NCBI RefSeq assembly: GCF_006345805.1
Contig: NC_043005.1
Location: forward strand, 72,788,001-72,852,000
DNA from: Octopus sinensis
Taxonomy: Eukaryota
Length of the DNA stretch: 64,000 bases
Reading direction: 5' to 3'
Shown piece by piece: positions 62,976 through 64,000 of the stretch (positions are counted from its first letter, which is position 1; each line of letters starts with the position of its first letter). A model generated the notes under the pieces. It made no database searches, was not told the DNA's origin, and worked only from the letters and a program-made list of their open reading frames with translations. The position numbers and the translations under genes are program-made.

Positions 62976-63168
62976 GAATGCCTAATGGGCTCAATTGGTA
63001 AAAAGAAAAAAAAAATAGTTGAGGTGTGGTACTTAGCTTGCTTACCAACCATATGGTTCCGGGTTTCAGTCCCACTGCGTGATATCTTGGGCAGATGTCT
63101 TCTAGTATAGCTTCGGGCCGACCAAAGCCTTGTGAGTGGATTTGGTAGACGGAAACTGAAAGAAATTC

Positions 63169-63251
<83 letters not shown>

Positions 63252-63687
63252 TGTGTGTTTGTTTGTGTTTGTGTTTGTGTGTCTGTGTTTGTCCCCCCGA
63301 CATCGCTTGACAACCGATGCTGGTGTGTTTACATCCCTGTAACTTAGCGATTCAGTAAAAAACACCGATAGAATAAGTACTAGGCTTACAAAGAATAAGT
63401 CCTGGGGTTGACTTTTGCTCAACTAAAGGCGGTGCTCCAGCATGGCCACAGTCAAATGCCTGAAACAAGTAAAAGAGTAAAAAGGGAGTAAAGAGTGAAT
63501 GCCCAATGGGCTCAATTGGTAAAAAAAAATAGTTGAGATGTGGTACGTTGCTTGCTTACCAACCATATGGTTCCGGGTTCAGCCCCACTGCGTGATATCT
63601 TGGGCAGATGTCTTCTAGTATAGCCTCGAGCCGACCGAAGCCTTGTGAGTGGATTTGGTAGACGGAAACTGAAAGAAGCCCGTCGTA

Positions 63688-63748
<61 letters not shown>

Positions 63749-63975
63749 TTATATGTTTGTGTGTCTGAGTTTATTCCCCTCCCCCCAACATCGCTTGACA
63801 ACCGATGGTGGTGTGTTTACGTCCCCGTAACTTAGCGGTTCGGCAAAAGAGACCGATAGAATAAGTACTAGGCTTACAAAGACTAAAGTCCTGGGGTTGA
63901 TTTTTGCTCAACTAAAGGCGGTGCTCCAGCATGGCCACAGTCAAATGACTGAAACAAGTAAAAGAGTAAAAGAAC
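62976..63975 (+). mobile_element. Two SINE A copies in a 521-bp tandem duplication
   Basis: Shared flank GAATGCC.AATGGGCTCAATTGGTAAAA at 62976 and 63497 and shared private variants. Confidence 0.9.
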
Positions 63976-64000
63976 AAAACAAAAAAAACAAAAATAAAAA

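Overview
AT-rich, repeat-saturated animal genomic DNA; the SINE/LINE families look like those of Octopus (inference from my recognition of the repeats, not from a search). I could not support any intact host protein-coding gene. Most ORF-track entries are microsatellite translations. Contents: at least four tRNA-derived SINE families (labelled A-D here), RTE and R4/Dong-like LINE fragments, four decayed Tc1/mariner elements, piggyBac-, hAT- and Helitron-like non-autonomous elements, a probable solo LTR, a 3-kb CAC low-complexity tract, and two decayed paralogous exons of unknown family. The main feature is a 7.45-kb array (33315-40770) of a ~580-bp unit. About 5.8 copies face one way and 7 face the other, joined by a near-seamless fold-back at ~36690. 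Every unit carries a type I minimal hammerhead ribozyme motif (13 copies) with a CCGAUGA core, a long stem II and a palindromic GUAC loop III. Three other unrelated repeat families in the window also carry minimal hammerhead motifs, one of them a tRNA-headed SINE whose two copies both have inverted 5' duplications. Together these suggest a Penelope-like/retrozyme system. Ribozyme activity, expression and assembly correctness of the array are untested.
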